Assembly: GCA_977017645.1 (NCBI GenBank)
Contig: OZ360227.1
Coordinates: forward strand, 126,356,001 to 126,420,000
Reading direction: 5' to 3'
Length of the DNA: 64,000 nucleotides
Origin: Torpedo marmorata
Taxonomy: Eukaryota
Part shown: positions 60,816 through 64,000 of the stretch, in pieces
Layout of the letters: each line of letters starts with the position of its first letter
Numbering within the stretch: position 1 is the first letter of the stretch
Program-made: the position numbers and the translations under genes
Notes under the pieces: generated by a model
What the model was told of the DNA's origin: nothing
Database searches by the model: none
The model's input: the letters and a program-made list of their open reading frames with translations, nothing else

Positions 60816-62715
60816 TTTTTTAAATATTTTATTTAAAATTTTAAATCACAAAATACAAAAGGTAAATATAAAATTATCAAACTACATGTGATACATTTTC
60901 ACCCCCCCCTGCCTCCCTCCCCTCCCTAACCCTCTGACCCCTTCTAATCTAATAAAAATAAAAAGAAAGAAAGAAAGAAAAAGATAGTATTAGGAGAATG
61001 ACAATCTAAAAAATACATCAACAACTAATTCTATTATGGAGGATAGGTTCGCCAGTCAGATCCAATGTCCAGAGATCTTCAAATCCTTAAACCAACAACT
61101 TTCATATAAGGGCTCCATATTTTCAAAAAGAAATGATATTTATTACGTAAATTATAAGTAATTTTTTCAAGTGGTATACATGAACGAAGTTCTGCATGCC
61201 ATCTTTCTAACCCTAAATCTACATCAGATTTCCAAGTAATAGCAATACATTTCTTAGAAACTGCTAAAGCGATTCGCAAAAATTCTATTTGATACATATT
61301 TAATTTCATCTTAACACTAACTCTTTTAATATCTCCAAACAGAAATATCATAGGGTCCATTGGGAATGTAATTTTTAATACTTTATCTAAAATTTTTTAA
61401 CTTTCAACCAAAAATCATAAACTTTTGGACAGAACCATGTAGAATGTACAAAAGAACCTTCCTCTTTATTACATCTAAAACATAAGCCTGATAATGTCGG
61501 ATTGAATTTCTTTAACTTTTGAGGTGTTAAATATAATTGATGAAAAAAATTATATTGAACTAATCTATATCTAACATTAATAATCTTCGTCATACTTAAT
61601 TTACATAGTTCTTTCCAATGATCTTCTTCTATTGTTACATTCAAATCTAATTCCCATTTTAATGTTGATTTATGAATTCCTACTTTAGGGATTTTTCTCT
61701 GAAACAATCTATACTTTTGGGAAATAAATTTATTTACACCCCCGTTAGTAACTAATAATTCTAACTCACTTTGTCTTGGTAGAATCAAATTATAACCTCA
61801 TTTCCCAACTAAAAATGCTCTAATTTGATAATAAGCAAAAAGTGTATTATCCAATATATTGAACTTATCTTTCATTCTTTGAAAAGTAATAAATTTCCCA
61901 GCTTCAAAACAGTCATTTATTTTCTTAATTCCTTTTTGAAACCAAATTTTAAATAATTGATTATCGACAGTAAATGGAATAAGTTCATTTTGATATAGAG
62001 GCATTTTTGGAGCGATCAACCCTTTTCCTCCTATCTCCCTATCCACTCTATTCCATATTTCTAACAAATGTTTAAAAATAGGAGAGTTCTTCCTTCTAGT
62101 TAATATTAATTTAGAATTCCATTTATAAATAACTTCTTTGAAATCTTCTCCTATATTATTTAATTCTATTCTAATCCAAGCAGAAGATTTAGTTAAGTCA
62201 AAGAATTAATTATCAAATTTTAGTTGAGCTGCTTTATAATAGTTTTGAAAATTAGGAAGTTGTAAACCACCCATTTCATAATTCCAAGTTAATTTCTCCA
62301 TACCTACTCTAGCCAACTTTCCTTTCCACAAAAACTTCCTAATGATTAAATTTAAATCTTTAAAATTTTTTTGAGGGATTTCATAAGGAATTGATTGAAA
62401 AAGATATTGAATTCTTGGAAAAACATTCATTTTAATACAATTTACCCTTCCCATTAAAGTTATGGGTAAATCCTTCCAGCTCTCTAAATATTTTTTAATT
62501 TTCATAAATAATGGTAAATAATTTAAGTTATATAAGTTAGCTAATTTTGTATCAATCTTTATTCCCAAATATTTAATTCCTTCTTTTGCCCATTTAAATT
62601 GTGTAATTTCTTTACATTTACTATAATCCCCTTGCGTTAATGCCATAATTTCACTTTTATCAGAATTGATCTTATAACCAGATATTTCCCCGTATTCTCT
62701 CAATAAAACAGTCAA
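60816..62715 (-). mobile_element. 5'-truncated L1-clade LINE (RT C-terminus, CCHC region, 3'UTR)
   Basis: ORFs 62206-62715 (SGYKINSDKS, IKYLGI, GGLQLP), 61387-61788 (CFRC...H...C), 61079-61360; TSD TTTCTTCTT (60807-60815, 62716-62724); poly-A tail. Confidence 0.9.
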
Positions 62716-62999
62716 TTTCTTCTTGAGCAGGTGAAGATGTTAAATAAAACCAAGATAAATCTCTTGGTGCGCTGCTGCATTAACATCATTGCTACACACA
62801 CTTGCCTCTGTTGGGCAGACACATTGTTTGCCCAACCCCTGAATTCCAAATTCATGGGAAGAGATTAGTAGGTGGATAGAGGAAAAGATTCAAGATTATG
62901 CACAGCACCTCTTGGAAAGTACGTATTCAACAACCCCACTAAATCCAGGGAACCTTCGGGCTATGATGCTCAAAGTGGAGAGGGAGCATGCAGGATAAT

Positions 63000-63340
63000 G
63001 TCATCGAATCTCACTGCATGGAAACAGGCCATTCAGCCCTCCACATCTCAGATCCCCTCTGAATCTCTTACCACTTACCCTAGATCTATATCCTCCAATT
63101 TCTTTCTACCTCTGATATAGGGAGAAGATTCCTGCAATCTACCCAATCTATACTCATCATTTTATTTACTTCCATCATTTCCCCTCTTGACCTCCTCTGC
63201 TTCAGAGAAAACAGACTCAACCTTTCCTCATATCTGAAATACTCTATCCCAGACAACATCCTGGTGAATCTCCTCTGCACCCTCTCCTGCACAATCGCAT
63301 TTCCTATAGTGTGATAATCAGAACTGAATGCTGCACTCAT
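63000..63340 (-). mobile_element. CR1 (HER1-like) fragment
   Basis: ORF 63086-63340 ERVQRRFTRML.G...YEERLSLFSL..RR.RG. Confidence 0.8.
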
Positions 63341-63639
63341 GATATTGAGAAACTCCAGTCCAGCTTTTGGGACAAATAATTTTTTTAAAATATATATATA
63401 TTTTATTTAAAATTTTAAATCACACAGTACATATTTTGATTAAGTTGCAGACGAATGTTACACCTTCAAAACTACCCCCCCCCCTCCACTTGCTGCTCCA
63501 TCTATGAAAGGTTCAGCTTTTCCAATGTTGGTCTCGTCAGCTACCTCAATACCCACAAAATCAGAATGGAAATTATTTTTGATCCCAAAGGACTGGCAAA
63601 GAAGAAGTAGCAGCACTACTTTGAGCATCCAAAAATATA

Positions 63640-64000
63640 CAGTAAAACCCCTGTTATCCTGAATTCACGCAACCAGCAATCTCAAGCAACCAGCAAAAAA
63701 AACCCAGAGGAAAATAAATAAATAAATTGGATTTTTTTTTCTTCAAACAAATAAATTAATATTCAAAATTGTAAAAGTAAATGTTCTCTGAAGTAACACA
63801 TAAACCTTTGGTGAAGATGGGAGCAAATATTCAGCTAACTTCTCGGAGCAGCTGTTTGAATAAAGTTGTGTTTGAATAAAATGGTATCACCCAGGATGAC
63901 AAGCTAGTTGATGCCGTTTGCCGTTGGGGTGACTCTCTTAAAGTGTCTCCTTATCCCTGCTTATAAAGAGTTTTTATCTTTATTAGTATATTAGTAAGGC
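63640..64000 (+). mobile_element. Left end of a probable pogo/Tigger-like (Tc1/mariner) DNA element running off the window
   Basis: TA followed by CAGTAAAACCCCTGTTATCC and repeated GCAACCAGC subterminal motifs; right TIR not in window. Confidence 0.5.

Overview
Vertebrate nuclear DNA, very probably from a cartilaginous fish (ray or shark). This is inferred from HE1-type V-SINEs with CR1/HER1 tails, Deu-domain SINE relics and abundant Penelope-like termini. No host protein-coding exon can be supported; every convincing ORF is transposon-derived. About 1-21 kb and 38-64 kb are dense, nested repeat landscapes. They contain an internally deleted Mag-like Gypsy provirus, two Penelope-like elements (PLEs) carrying minimal hammerhead motifs, L1/Tx1, CR1 and Rex/Babar LINE fragments, SINEs and DNA MITEs. 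A CpG-rich promoter/first-exon region at about 22.0-23.4 kb lies within a roughly 9.5 kb transposon-poor block, suggesting the non-coding 5' end of a large, unidentified + strand gene. The most notable observations are: (i) a PLE-terminus mini-element with an 86-bp tandem duplication and a perfect 174-bp palindrome carrying three hammerhead cores; (ii) a 5S rRNA-headed SINE sharing a stem-loop 3' tail with an unrelated GC-rich SINE; (iii) a composite hAT transposon made of two inverted MITEs flanking 112 bp of cargo under a single 8-bp TSD. All alignments were done by eye and no database searches were run.
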